Source: an uncultured Verrucomicrobiales bacterium
GTDB taxonomy: Bacteria; Verrucomicrobiota; Verrucomicrobiia; Verrucomicrobiales; Akkermansiaceae
DNA: 64,000 nt
NCBI GenBank assembly: GCA_937885815.1
Contig: CALABM010000065.1
Span: forward strand, 30,710 to 94,709
Direction: 5' to 3'
Shown: piece by piece, positions 18,456-27,684 of the stretch
Numbering within the stretch: the stretch's first letter is position 1
Layout of the letters: every line of letters begins with the position of its first letter
Program-made: the position numbers and the translations under genes
The notes under the pieces: generated by a model
The model's input: only the letters and a program-made list of their open reading frames with translations
What the model was told of the DNA's origin: nothing
Database searches by the model: none

Positions 18456-19231
18456 ACAGAAGTCGTGATATGGCGTTTTCCAAATGCGGTGAAGAGGTGT
18501 TCCTCCGTCAGTACGTCTGCTGTGGCACCGAAGGCGATAGCGCTGCGGTTGAGAAGTAAACTGAGGTCAAAAATGCGGGGTGCAGTGCTCAAATCATGGT
18601 GAGAGGCGATAACGAGGCGTCCTTCCTCTGCCAATGAGCGGAGCAGGCGGGCCAGAGACTCAGTGCCGGGCACATCTAAGCCGGTAAAGGGTTCATCAAG
18701 CAGTAGAATGTGTGCCTCTTGGGCAAGCGCACGAGCCAAAAAAGCGCGCTGCTGCTGTCCGCCGGAGAGCGCACCTATCTGGCGTTTGTGCAAGTCCTGA
18801 AGCTCGAGAGATTCCAAGGCTCTATCCACGATTTCATGGTCATGACGCCGTAAGCTCTTCCAAATGCCGGTAGCAGGATAACGCCCCATTTCCACGAGTT
18901 CACGCACAGTGATGGGGAAACGCCAGTCCACTTCCGTGCGCTGGGGCATGTAAGCTATCTCTTGCCGAGCATTATAGAGGGGGGCTCCATTCCAGAGAAT
19001 ATTCCCACTGCAGGGCTGTATTAGCCCGGCAAGAAGATTCAGGAGAGTAGATTTACCCGCACCATTCGGGCCAATGAGAGCCAGCGTATGCCCACAAGAT
19101 GCGCTGAAGGAGATGGAACTCAGAGCCGTTACTTCGCCATAGCGAGCACAGAGTTGATGCGCAGAAAGAGTGTGACCACCATGGTGGTGATGGCCGCCGC
19201 CCCAACAGATATGGTCATGTTCTTCTACCAT
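18452..19231 (-). CDS. metal ABC transporter ATP-binding protein (ZnuC/MntA type) with His-rich N-terminus
   Basis: Walker A GPNGAGKST, signature LSGGQQQR, Walker B LLLDEP. N-terminus reads MVEEHDHICWGGGHHHHGGH. Confidence 0.85.
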   Translation of the reverse strand: MVEEHDHICWGGGHHHHGGHTLSAHQLCARYGEVTALSSISFSASCGHTLALIGPNGAGKSTLLNLLAGLIQPCSGNILWNGAPLYNARQEIAYMPQRTEVDWRFPITVRELVEMGRYPATGIWKSLRRHDHEIVDRALESLELQDLHKRQIGALSGGQQQRAFLARALAQEAHILLLDEPFTGLDVPGTESLARLLRSLAEEGRLVIASHHDLSTAPRIFDLSLLLNRSAIAFGATADVLTEEHLFTAFGKRHITTSV

Positions 19232-19644
19232 GTAAAGACAAAAATATCATGCATTTCTCCCTCCGCCCAGCATGTTTCACTGCGGGTCTCTCTGCCGGTG
19301 GGTTCCAGCGTTATCGTGAAAGCCTGTGCACCGGAGGCTCCTTCCGACCAGCATACTTCAGCCTCCAGCTCGATGGTATTCTCCTCGGGTAATTGTAGCA
19401 GCAGCTCCTGGGGACTGAACTCGGGGGATATAATCTCCGCAAGAGTCTTGCCCTGACAGCGGAGTATGATACGCTGAGGTGTGCCGCTGAAGCGCAGCGT
19501 GGCATATGTCGTCTGAAGTGTCTCTTGGGGCTTTTGCACAGTAGGCTGTACCTCACGTAATGGCGGAGCTGTCAGCCACAGCAGAGGCAAGCCGGCTGCG
19601 ATAATGCCGGCGGCGGTCAGAGACACTTTCAGTAAAGGGTTCAT
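19225..19644 (-). CDS. hypothetical membrane-anchored protein embedded in the metal ABC operon
   Basis: 139 aa. One N-terminal TM helix, then a soluble part with a repeated CWxEG motif (EVCWSEG, ETCWAEGE). Overlaps the stop of the SBP gene (ATGA) and the start of the ATPase gene (7 nt). Confidence 0.55.
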   Translation of the reverse strand: MNPLLKVSLTAAGIIAAGLPLLWLTAPPLREVQPTVQKPQETLQTTYATLRFSGTPQRIILRCQGKTLAEIISPEFSPQELLLQLPEENTIELEAEVCWSEGASGAQAFTITLEPTGRETRSETCWAEGEMHDIFVFTW

Positions 19645-20498
19645 TCGCCCAGATGTTCGCAGATAGTATTCAGATTATGCAGGAACATAGCCTCATAGCC
19701 GGGGGCCTCGGTATAGATACCGTCCATCACCAGGGGGGCAGTGGGAATGCCGAGCTGGTCAGCGATGACTTGCAGCATGCGGGGGCTGGCATTCACCTCC
19801 GTGAAGATGCAGCGGGCATTGCGGGCGCGTAAGTCAGCCAGCAGCGCGGCAAGCCTGGCGGGGTCGCCCTCACTCTCACGGGCAATGCCCTGAATGGCGA
19901 TGGGCTTCAGATTGAATGCAGCGCAGAAATGACACATGGCGGCATGCCCGGTCACCAGGCAGCGATTGCTCTGCGGTATGCGGCTGAGTCTCAGGCGCGC
20001 TGTGCGGGTGAGGGCATCCATGCCGGCAGCGTAGCGTGCACGATTTGCTGTATACACAGCTGCGTTAGCCGCATCAGCTTGCACAAGGGCAGCGAGCAGA
20101 GTACGGGAGGCTCGCTTCATATTCTCCGGTGTATTCCACCAGTGAGGGTCTGCAAAACGTGTGCCCGGCACGCGTACATTCGGCACCTCAGCACCAAGCT
20201 CCAGCACAAAGGTGTCATCCGAGAGGCTTTCCCGAAGGTCTGCCAAGTATGGCTCTACCCCCTTACCACAGGCAAGCAGCAGACGCGCACCCGAAGCTTG
20301 TGCCAGACTCGCGGCACTCGGTGTAAAGGCGTGTAAATCGCCATTAGCGGGAAATAAATCCACCACTTCTACATGCTCACCACCCAATTTTGCTGCCATT
20401 TCACTCAGCAGCGGATGCAGGCTGGCAATCTTTAACGGTGCACCCTGAACAAGTGTTATGCCCAGTACCATCATCAGCATGCAAAAAATCTTCTTCAT
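19641..20498 (-). CDS. metal ABC transporter substrate-binding protein (ZnuA/MntC/TroA cluster)
   Basis: ATG 20498 gives signal peptide MKKIFCMLMMVLGITLVQG. The track start at 20534 is a TTG lying inside the -35 box. Ligand contexts DLHAFTPS, DPHWW and GHAAMCHF. No His-rich loop is seen. Confidence 0.85.
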   Translation of the reverse strand: MKKIFCMLMMVLGITLVQGAPLKIASLHPLLSEMAAKLGGEHVEVVDLFPANGDLHAFTPSAASLAQASGARLLLACGKGVEPYLADLRESLSDDTFVLELGAEVPNVRVPGTRFADPHWWNTPENMKRASRTLLAALVQADAANAAVYTANRARYAAGMDALTRTARLRLSRIPQSNRCLVTGHAAMCHFCAAFNLKPIAIQGIARESEGDPARLAALLADLRARNARCIFTEVNASPRMLQVIADQLGIPTAPLVMDGIYTEAPGYEAMFLHNLNTICEHLGE

Positions 20499-20505
20499 GC
20501 GCAGC

Positions 20506-20534
20506 ATTATAGCCCCGCACACACTCCGCGTCAA
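20506..20534 (-). promoter_or_regulatory. sigma-70 promoter TTGACG-17-TATAAT, 7 nt before ATG 20498
   Basis: Near-consensus hexamers with 17-nt spacing. The predicted TSS falls at or 1 nt before the start codon. Confidence 0.55.
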
Positions 20535-20569
20535 TCCCCTATAAAGTCAATGGGCGAATTAGTTGTGTC

Positions 20570-21877
20570 TTACTTTTGCTTTCGCAATCTAGCGGGAAGG
20601 ATGTGAAGATTCTCGCGATATTTGGCGATGGTTCGTCTGGCCACGGTGATACCCTCGGCTGCCAGCGTCTCCTCAATGGCTGCATCGCTTAGGGGATGAG
20701 CTGGGTTTTCATTGGCGATGAGGGAACGTATTCTGGCCTGTACACCTCCGGCGGAAGCTCCAGCGGCGGAGTCTGATTCAAGAGCAGCACTGAAGAAGCT
20801 GCGCAGCTCATAGACGCCATGAGCGCACTTGAGATATTTGCCACGCACTGCGCGGGAAACAGTGGAAACACTTATTCCAGCATCATCCGCTATACTTTCC
20901 ATGCGAAGTGGGGCAAGGGCGGTGGGGCCATGCCGAAGGAACTCTTTCTGGCGCTTCACAATGGACTGCGCCACAAGTAGAATAGTCTGCTGGCGTTCTG
21001 CTATAGCTCGGATGAACTCGCGGCCTTCACGAAAACAGCGGGAAAGATAGCTGCGAAGCTCCGCATTTTCCATCCGCTCAGCCATCATCTCGCGATACTC
21101 TGCGGATATGCCCAGCCGGGGTACGTCCTCACCCGTGAGTTCCACATAATACTCACCACCATCTTGAAGAACTTCAACATCCGGAGTGATGACACCAAGC
21201 TCAGCACGAGAAAAGCCGCTCCCCGGGTCAGGATTAAGGCGGGCTATATGGCGGGCCGCAAGAATAATGGCCTCTTCTTCCACATCCAGAGCGGATGCTG
21301 CTTCCGCATAACGATGCTGCACTAAATCGTCCCAATGATTCTGAAGTAATTTCATCGGGAGCCCGGCCGCCTCACCTTTACGCCGCAGCTGCAGCATGAG
21401 ACTTTCCCGTAAATCCACAGCGCCCACACCGGCAGGCTCTAAATCCTGCACAGCCAGAAGAGCCTTGCGGAAGGCGGAATCTGTTAAGCCAAGTTCCTTC
21501 GCCACACGGGCAGGTTCTTCAGCAAAGAACCCGTGATGGTTCAAATACGGAATAATAGAAAGTGCTGCGCTCTCAATTCCATAAGGCAACGCACTGCTGC
21601 GGATTTGTTCCTCCAAATGTTCAGCGAGCGTGGGCTGATTCGTTAAGTTTTCCATGAAGCGCTGATGTCGCAACGTACCTTCATGATTAAGCGGCTGAGA
21701 GGATAAATCCTGCTCCGGAGGAGGCAGTTCTTCCAGCGCAGGGTTCGAGGATAAAGCTTGCGATGTGAGTTCAGCCAGCTCCGCCGTAGTAGCCTGCAGG
21801 GTACGCATGAACATCTGCACCGCGGCGTTTGCCACCATGCCTTGCTGCATCCCCTGTGCCATTCCGGCGCTGCTCAT
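20570..21877 (-). CDS. rpoN: RNA polymerase sigma-54 factor
   Basis: 435 aa. Gln-rich N-terminus, C-terminal HTH and RpoN box ARRTIAKYR. Confidence 0.9.
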   Translation of the reverse strand: MSSAGMAQGMQQGMVANAAVQMFMRTLQATTAELAELTSQALSSNPALEELPPPEQDLSSQPLNHEGTLRHQRFMENLTNQPTLAEHLEEQIRSSALPYGIESAALSIIPYLNHHGFFAEEPARVAKELGLTDSAFRKALLAVQDLEPAGVGAVDLRESLMLQLRRKGEAAGLPMKLLQNHWDDLVQHRYAEAASALDVEEEAIILAARHIARLNPDPGSGFSRAELGVITPDVEVLQDGGEYYVELTGEDVPRLGISAEYREMMAERMENAELRSYLSRCFREGREFIRAIAERQQTILLVAQSIVKRQKEFLRHGPTALAPLRMESIADDAGISVSTVSRAVRGKYLKCAHGVYELRSFFSAALESDSAAGASAGGVQARIRSLIANENPAHPLSDAAIEETLAAEGITVARRTIAKYRENLHILPARLRKQK

Positions 21878-21883
21878 GCGCTT

Positions 21884-21912
21884 GTCTTAGCAAATTTTAT
21901 CCGCATTGACAA
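21884..21912 (-). promoter_or_regulatory. possible promoter TTGTCA-17-TAAGAC, 6 nt before ATG 21877
   Basis: Read by eye. The -10 is weak. Confidence 0.25.
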
Positions 21913-21952
21913 GAGTAAAGAACGTATGCGCCGCAACGTAACATCTCGCAGG

Positions 21953-23608
21953 TCAATCATTCTGCAGGAGGTCTATGGCATGAGCGCGGGCATTTTCGCC
22001 GCCGGTGCCAAGCATGCGCATGAGTTCTTCCACGCGGGCATCACCGGTCACCTTATTGAGGCGGGAAACAGTACGCTCACCACTTTGTACCTTGGAAATG
22101 AGATAGTGATGGTTTGCCAATGCTGCAACCTGAGGGAAGTGGGTGATGGAGATAACTTGATGGTCAGCACCCAGCTCTCGCATCTTGCAACCCACCGCAC
22201 GAGCGATTTCACCGCCTACATTAGCGTCAATTTCGTCAAAGACAAGCAGGGGAGTATCATCTCGGCTGGCCAGAGCACTCTTCAGCGCGAGCATCACACG
22301 GGCTAGCTCACCACTGGACGCTATAAGGCGCAGAGCTTTGAGGGGCTCGCCGGGGTTCGGACCGAAGAGGAAATCCGTTTCCTCCGCTCCATTCGGGCCG
22401 GGTTCAGCAAGAGGCTGAAGGCTTACCTCAAAGAGCGACTGACGGAAGCCCAGTTGGCGGGCGTGATGCAGGAATAGCTCTGCTAAACGGGGAGCAGCCT
22501 TTTGGCGGGTAGCAGTCAGCGCTGCTGCTGCCGTCTTCAGCTCATCCATGCGGGCTTTTTCGGCAGCGGCTAACTCCTCCAGTTTTTCTTCTCTGTTTTC
22601 AATGGCACTGAGCTTTTCTCTACATTCCTCCAGATGAGCCTGAATAGCTTCAAAATCAGCTCCATATTTGCGCTTCAACGTATCAAGGGTGGAAATACGC
22701 TCTTCCAACCGAGCAAGCTCTGCGGGGTCTCCACTGAGACCATCAGCATAATCCTGCAGATTTGCCGCTACGTCCTCCAGTTCCTCCACGATGGCGGGCA
22801 GGGGGCTAAGCCAAGGCGCCACAGCGGCGTCAAGGCGCTCCAGTTCACGAGCACTGCGCACAAGCTGGCGCAGGCGCGGCAGTAGGGCGTCATCCGCGCC
22901 GTCTATCATATGCGCCATGGGCAGGGCGGTATCACGCAAACGTCCGGCATTGCGAGCACGTTTCCAGTTGTTTTCCAGCTCGGCCGCTTCCTCCGCGGTG
23001 AATGCCGCATTTTCAATTTCCTGCATCTGGTGGCGAAGAAAATCCAGCTCGCGCTCATTGGCCATCTCGCTGTCTAAAAGCTCTTTGTAAGCATGGCGAG
23101 CATCCAGCCATGCCCGGTATGCTGTATGATACAGTTTCAGCGTGCTCTCGTTTTCAGAAAAGGCATCCAGCAAATCCAGCTGGCGCTCCTGCGAAGTAAG
23201 CGAACGGTGAGCCTCAGGATGGTGCATGTCCACCAGACCACCACCGATACGGCGCAGAAGGTTCAGAGTGACAGGCGTATTGTTGATGAATTGTTTGTTG
23301 CCGCTTGCTGTGATAACACGGCGAATGACAAGCATGCCCTCCTCACAGGGAGGCACCCCGGCGTCCTCCAGAATGAGGTCCGTCTGCTGCGTGTTGGAAA
23401 GATGAAAAACAGCCTCTATGCTGCACTGCGTTTCACCACTGCGGATGCGGCCTTTATCGGCACGCTCGCCGAGTACCAGCGATATGCCGCCCATGATGAC
23501 GGATTTGCCTGCACCGGTTTCGCCGGTAATGGAAAGGAAGCCGGATTCAGGCTCCCAAGTGAGTTCATCCACGAGGGCCAGATTGCGTATCTTTAACAGT
23601 GAGAGCAT
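21953..23608 (-). CDS. recN: DNA repair protein RecN
   Basis: 551 aa. Walker A GETGAGKS, long coiled coil, SSGELARV, Walker B LLVFDEID. Confidence 0.9.
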   Translation of the reverse strand: MLSLLKIRNLALVDELTWEPESGFLSITGETGAGKSVIMGGISLVLGERADKGRIRSGETQCSIEAVFHLSNTQQTDLILEDAGVPPCEEGMLVIRRVITASGNKQFINNTPVTLNLLRRIGGGLVDMHHPEAHRSLTSQERQLDLLDAFSENESTLKLYHTAYRAWLDARHAYKELLDSEMANERELDFLRHQMQEIENAAFTAEEAAELENNWKRARNAGRLRDTALPMAHMIDGADDALLPRLRQLVRSARELERLDAAVAPWLSPLPAIVEELEDVAANLQDYADGLSGDPAELARLEERISTLDTLKRKYGADFEAIQAHLEECREKLSAIENREEKLEELAAAEKARMDELKTAAAALTATRQKAAPRLAELFLHHARQLGFRQSLFEVSLQPLAEPGPNGAEETDFLFGPNPGEPLKALRLIASSGELARVMLALKSALASRDDTPLLVFDEIDANVGGEIARAVGCKMRELGADHQVISITHFPQVAALANHHYLISKVQSGERTVSRLNKVTGDARVEELMRMLGTGGENARAHAIDLLQND

Positions 23609-23670
23609 ATTTTGCTTTGCGTTGCGGGCGTATTATGGCATAATGTGGCCGTAAATTAAATAAAAATCTG

Positions 23671-24447
23671 ATGATGAAGATACTTTTTCTGGGCAGCGGA
23701 ACGTCTACGGGGGTGCCGGTTATCGGCTGTGACTGTGCAGTATGCCGCTCCGAAAATCCTCGCAATAAGCGCCTCAGAGCATCGGTTCTCGTGAAATCCG
23801 AGTCCACTACCATCCTTGTGGACTCATGCCCGGATTTGCGGCAACAAGCTCTCCGCCATAATATTACAGCTATTGATGCCGTTATTTATACGCATGAGCA
23901 CCTGGATCACACCACCGGCTTTGATGACATGCGTGCCTTCTGCTGGCGCCGTACTGACCGCCTGCCGCTGTACGCCGGCACGGACTGCCTCGCGCACCTG
24001 CGCCGCATGTTCGCTTGGGCCTTCTCGGAAAAGAATACCTACCAGGGCTACATCCGCCCGGATGCCCATGATCACGCCGGAAAACCTTTTGTTGTGGGTG
24101 ATATCGAAATTACCCCCGTGCCCGTACTGCATGCCACAGTAGAAACGTACGGCTATGTTTTCCGCCATGCCGGGCGTTCCTTTGGCTACGTTCCGGACAT
24201 TAAGGAACTGCCCGCCACCTCCCGCCCATTACTGGAAGGCCTTGATGTGCTCGCCATGGACGGCCTCACCACCCATGAGCACCATACTCACCTTTCTGTG
24301 GCTGACAATGTGGCTCTCATGCAAGAGCTGGCCCCGAAGCAAGGGCTGCTCACACACTGTGGCCACAAGGTTGATTATGAAGAAACATGCCGCAGCCTTC
24401 CGGAGTTCATGACCTCTGCATATGATGGCATGGAGATAGAAATCTGA
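23671..24447 (+). CDS. MBL-fold metallo-hydrolase (PhnP-like)
   Basis: 258 aa. HxHxDH motif THEHLDHT. Confidence 0.8.
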   Translation: MMKILFLGSGTSTGVPVIGCDCAVCRSENPRNKRLRASVLVKSESTTILVDSCPDLRQQALRHNITAIDAVIYTHEHLDHTTGFDDMRAFCWRRTDRLPLYAGTDCLAHLRRMFAWAFSEKNTYQGYIRPDAHDHAGKPFVVGDIEITPVPVLHATVETYGYVFRHAGRSFGYVPDIKELPATSRPLLEGLDVLAMDGLTTHEHHTHLSVADNVALMQELAPKQGLLTHCGHKVDYEETCRSLPEFMTSAYDGMEIEI

Positions 24448-24487
24448 GATATATTTAGCAGAACCGCAGTTAACTTTTCTGTTTATT

Positions 24488-24524
24488 AAAAAGCCCCGCA
24501 GCTCATCACTGCGGGGCTCTTTTT
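24488..24524. terminator. bidirectional rho-independent terminator
   Basis: Stem AGCCCCGCAG/CTGCGGGGCT with loop CTCATCA, A-run upstream and T-run downstream. Lies between convergent genes. Confidence 0.7.
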
Positions 24525-24547
24525 CGTTAAACAAGCTTCTGAAGGAA

Positions 24548-25672
24548 TTAATAAACGTCCTTCTGATAGCGCTTAGCCTTCTTCATGTCAGCCAGATAGG
24601 CAGCAGCATCTTCCTCGCTGCGGCCACCCTTGGTGGCAATGATGTTCAGGAGAGCCTTCTCCACATCCTTGGCCATGCGGTTAGCATCACCACACATGTA
24701 AACGGCGGCGCCCTTTTCAAGCCACTCCCAGATTTCGTCTGCAGCCTGTTCCATGAGGTTCTGCACGTAAATCTTGTATTCCTGATCACGGCTCCATGCC
24801 ACGGAGAGCTTCAGCTTGCCGCTTTCCACGAGCGGGGCAAGTTCATCCTCATAGCAGCTGTCGGTGGCCTTGTAGGGGTTGCCGAAGAAGAGCCACATGG
24901 GACCGGTGGCGCCATCAGCCACACGCTGCTGCCAGAAGGCACGGAAGGGGGCGATGCCGGTGCCGGGGCCTACCATGATGATGGGCGTGTTGCCATCCTC
25001 AGGCAGACGGAAGTTCTTGTTGCTGTGCACGAATACGCGTACCTTGTCACCGGCAGAGATGCGGTCAGCCATATAGGTGGAGCACACACCACCGCGCTGG
25101 CGGTCACCGGTCTTGTAACGCACGGCACCCACGCAGAGAGACACCTGGCCGGGTACGGCATCAGGGCTGCTGGCAATGGAATACAGGCGCGGAGCCATCT
25201 TGCCGAGAATGCCTACGAAAGCGGCAGCATCAGTGAAGGTAGCCTTCATCTCCGGATCCTGAGCTACATCCAGCAGGTCACGTCCCCAGCAGTAGTCCTT
25301 CAGCGCGTCCTTGTCTTCAAGAATAGCAGCCAGCTTGGCGCTGCCGGCTACAGCGTTCCATTTATTGAGAACAGCTTTCTTCAGGTTCGTGATGTCGTAA
25401 GAAGTTGTGAGAGCCTCTTTCAGGGTGGCAGTACCACTGGGAGTGGGTACCTCAGCGGCGGCATCCAGCCCAAGCTCGGCGATGAGAGCGTCCACCAGAG
25501 CAGAGTCGTTGCAGGGCAGAACACCCAGAGCGTCACCGGTGACGTAAGTCATGCCGGAGCCTTCCAAGCTGTAATCCACATGGATGGTTTCCTTTGCGCT
25601 ACCGGGTTTTGTTACGGGACGAACACCCACCACAGTGGCGGGGAACGGATTCTTCATGCTGTATGGTTCCAT
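24548..25672 (-). CDS. CysJ/CPR-type FAD- and NADPH-binding reductase domain protein (no flavodoxin domain)
   Basis: 374 aa. RLYSIASS FAD motif and GPGTGIAPFRAF NADPH motif. Confidence 0.8.
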   Translation of the reverse strand: MEPYSMKNPFPATVVGVRPVTKPGSAKETIHVDYSLEGSGMTYVTGDALGVLPCNDSALVDALIAELGLDAAAEVPTPSGTATLKEALTTSYDITNLKKAVLNKWNAVAGSAKLAAILEDKDALKDYCWGRDLLDVAQDPEMKATFTDAAAFVGILGKMAPRLYSIASSPDAVPGQVSLCVGAVRYKTGDRQRGGVCSTYMADRISAGDKVRVFVHSNKNFRLPEDGNTPIIMVGPGTGIAPFRAFWQQRVADGATGPMWLFFGNPYKATDSCYEDELAPLVESGKLKLSVAWSRDQEYKIYVQNLMEQAADEIWEWLEKGAAVYMCGDANRMAKDVEKALLNIIATKGGRSEEDAAAYLADMKKAKRYQKDVY

Positions 25673-25705
25673 AGTGTTATTGTGTGTTAAAATGAGAGTG
25701 AAAAG

Positions 25706-27607
25706 TTATTGTATTGCTTTAAGTCTGCGAGCCTGAAGGAGCGTGGGAGCCAAAATCTTACGCACGGCGTGGCAGAGTTCGATATCCTGCTCAGCTGCGG
25801 CGATGGAGCGCCCGGTCAGCTCAGAATGCTCGTAAGCATTCAACTCCGTGGCAAGGCAGTTTTTCAGGGCATTCACGCGGGCGGAGATGAACATATCCAG
25901 AGCCTCACCCACCTTGCGCTTCCATGTATCAAGGCGGTCTGAAATATCCTTGCGGCCGGAACGGCGCCAATCCGGCGTTGTTTCATTGTAACTGCAATTG
26001 CGGTTAATCATCCCCATGAATGCCGTTTCTTTCAGCTCACCCAGCTGCACAGGGCTACAATCCAAGGGAACGTCCTTCCAGACATTCAGAATAGCCTTCA
26101 CATAATCCGTGCGGATTTCCTCCACGCTTCGGCGTTCCAGCGTATTGGCGCATGATTCCAGAATTTCTTTCTCAAGCTCGGTAAGCTCGCAGATTTTTGC
26201 GGGAGCAAGGATATGCGTCTCTTGTTCAGCAAGGAGGTCACCCAAATCATTCTCCACTTTCACGCGCAGGCGGTTAAGCTCCTGAGCGGGCAGGGAACTC
26301 TTCTTCCACTCCGTGGGGAAGTAGTTCTCGGAGACAAGCTCAAAGTCCAGAATGGCATCCAGCCTCGTATTGAGCGTCTGGCGAGCTCGGTCGGCAAGGT
26401 ATCCGCAGCGCATTCGGCCTTCGTGCAAGTTGTTGCTCTCCACCGCCTCACGAAGGCGAGCGGAATCCATCAGCTTACGGATGGCAGCCTGAATGGCGTG
26501 AATATGGGAAATGTGATCCTGGCTCTTACGGATGAACTCCTTAAGGCGGTCATCTATGCGCTCCAGCGTTTTAAGAAGATAATCCGAGGAATTACGGCGC
26601 AGCGTAGCACTGGGATTCCGAAGGTCTGCCAGAATCTCGTCCACCAACTCGTTGAGGTGAGGATCCCGCTGGAACTGAGTAGAGGTGCTATCCGCAGCGG
26701 GAGCATCAGGACGGAACGCATTTTCCTGCTGCCACCAAGCAAGGCCGGCATTCACCCAACTGCCGGGAATAACCTTGCGGATGAAATCGCTGAGTTGCTT
26801 CTGAGTATTGTACTGCTGCTTTTCCTGCTGGAGCTGCTGCTCATCAGGAGTAAGCCAGTGTTGGGCCTCGATTCTGTTCTGCACCACGCGAATGGGACGC
26901 TGAGAGCGCTCCATTGCTGTACGAAGGTATTCGCGTGTATCAGGAGTAAGGGCGGCAAAGGAACTCTGAACCAGCAGGAAATAATCCGCATTCTCATTCA
27001 TCCACTCATGCAGCTTCTCATCATGCCAGTTGGAGGTAAGGCCATCCATACCCGGCATATCTACAATGCCGATTCCGGCCTGCAAAAGCTTTGCCTTAGG
27101 CTCCACAAGGAAGATAGCAGCACAGCCAGCACTCGTGTGCCCCTGCGCCCAAGCATCCAGATTAGCTTGGCTCAGATTACGGCGCTCAATGGATACTTTC
27201 TCGTCAAAATCCTCCGGAGCCACCTTGCGCAGATAGTCAATGACCAGCTCAAATAACTCCTGCTCACCCAGCGAACCGGCCGCAAGAGGTGAGAAAAGCT
27301 CCATGCGCTCAGTGCCGTCATCGCTTGCCAGAATGACCATGGGAAGGCGAGTCGTCTCAATGCCGAGCTTGGTAGCGCAAAGTCCCCTGTGAGCCAGACA
27401 ATTTGTCAGAGTGGATTTACCGCTCTTTACTGAGCCGATAGTGGCCATGAGCAGAAGGTTAGAACGAAAACGCGCAAGGCTGCGCTGAATCTCCCTGCTG
27501 CTGCGAGCGGTAAGCTGTCGAAGATCGGGCGAAGCTTTTACAAGGCCATCAAGTTTGGCGGAGAATTCTTTCGCCTCTTGACAGATTTTGTCCAGTTGTG
27601 CATCCAT
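25706..27607 (-). CDS. dynamin-like large GTPase, solitary
   Basis: P-loop GSVKSGKST, DMPGMDG (DxxG), VVQNRIE where NKxD is expected, then about 380 aa of helical region. The track start is TTG; the first ATG at 27607 gives MDAQLDKI. Confidence 0.65.
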   Translation of the reverse strand: MDAQLDKICQEAKEFSAKLDGLVKASPDLRQLTARSSREIQRSLARFRSNLLLMATIGSVKSGKSTLTNCLAHRGLCATKLGIETTRLPMVILASDDGTERMELFSPLAAGSLGEQELFELVIDYLRKVAPEDFDEKVSIERRNLSQANLDAWAQGHTSAGCAAIFLVEPKAKLLQAGIGIVDMPGMDGLTSNWHDEKLHEWMNENADYFLLVQSSFAALTPDTREYLRTAMERSQRPIRVVQNRIEAQHWLTPDEQQLQQEKQQYNTQKQLSDFIRKVIPGSWVNAGLAWWQQENAFRPDAPAADSTSTQFQRDPHLNELVDEILADLRNPSATLRRNSSDYLLKTLERIDDRLKEFIRKSQDHISHIHAIQAAIRKLMDSARLREAVESNNLHEGRMRCGYLADRARQTLNTRLDAILDFELVSENYFPTEWKKSSLPAQELNRLRVKVENDLGDLLAEQETHILAPAKICELTELEKEILESCANTLERRSVEEIRTDYVKAILNVWKDVPLDCSPVQLGELKETAFMGMINRNCSYNETTPDWRRSGRKDISDRLDTWKRKVGEALDMFISARVNALKNCLATELNAYEHSELTGRSIAAAEQDIELCHAVRKILAPTLLQARRLKAIQ

Positions 27608-27614
27608 CACCTTT

Positions 27615-27643
27615 ATTATATGCTCTCTTGCGCTCTGCCGCAA
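27615..27643 (-). promoter_or_regulatory. sigma-70-like promoter TTGCGG-17-TATAAT, 7 nt before ATG 27607
   Basis: Perfect -10 and weak -35. Sits directly after the dnaG stop. Confidence 0.4.
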
Positions 27644-27684
27644 GCAAAAACCACGTTATCATGCGCAGTTATCTAAAGAAAGCT

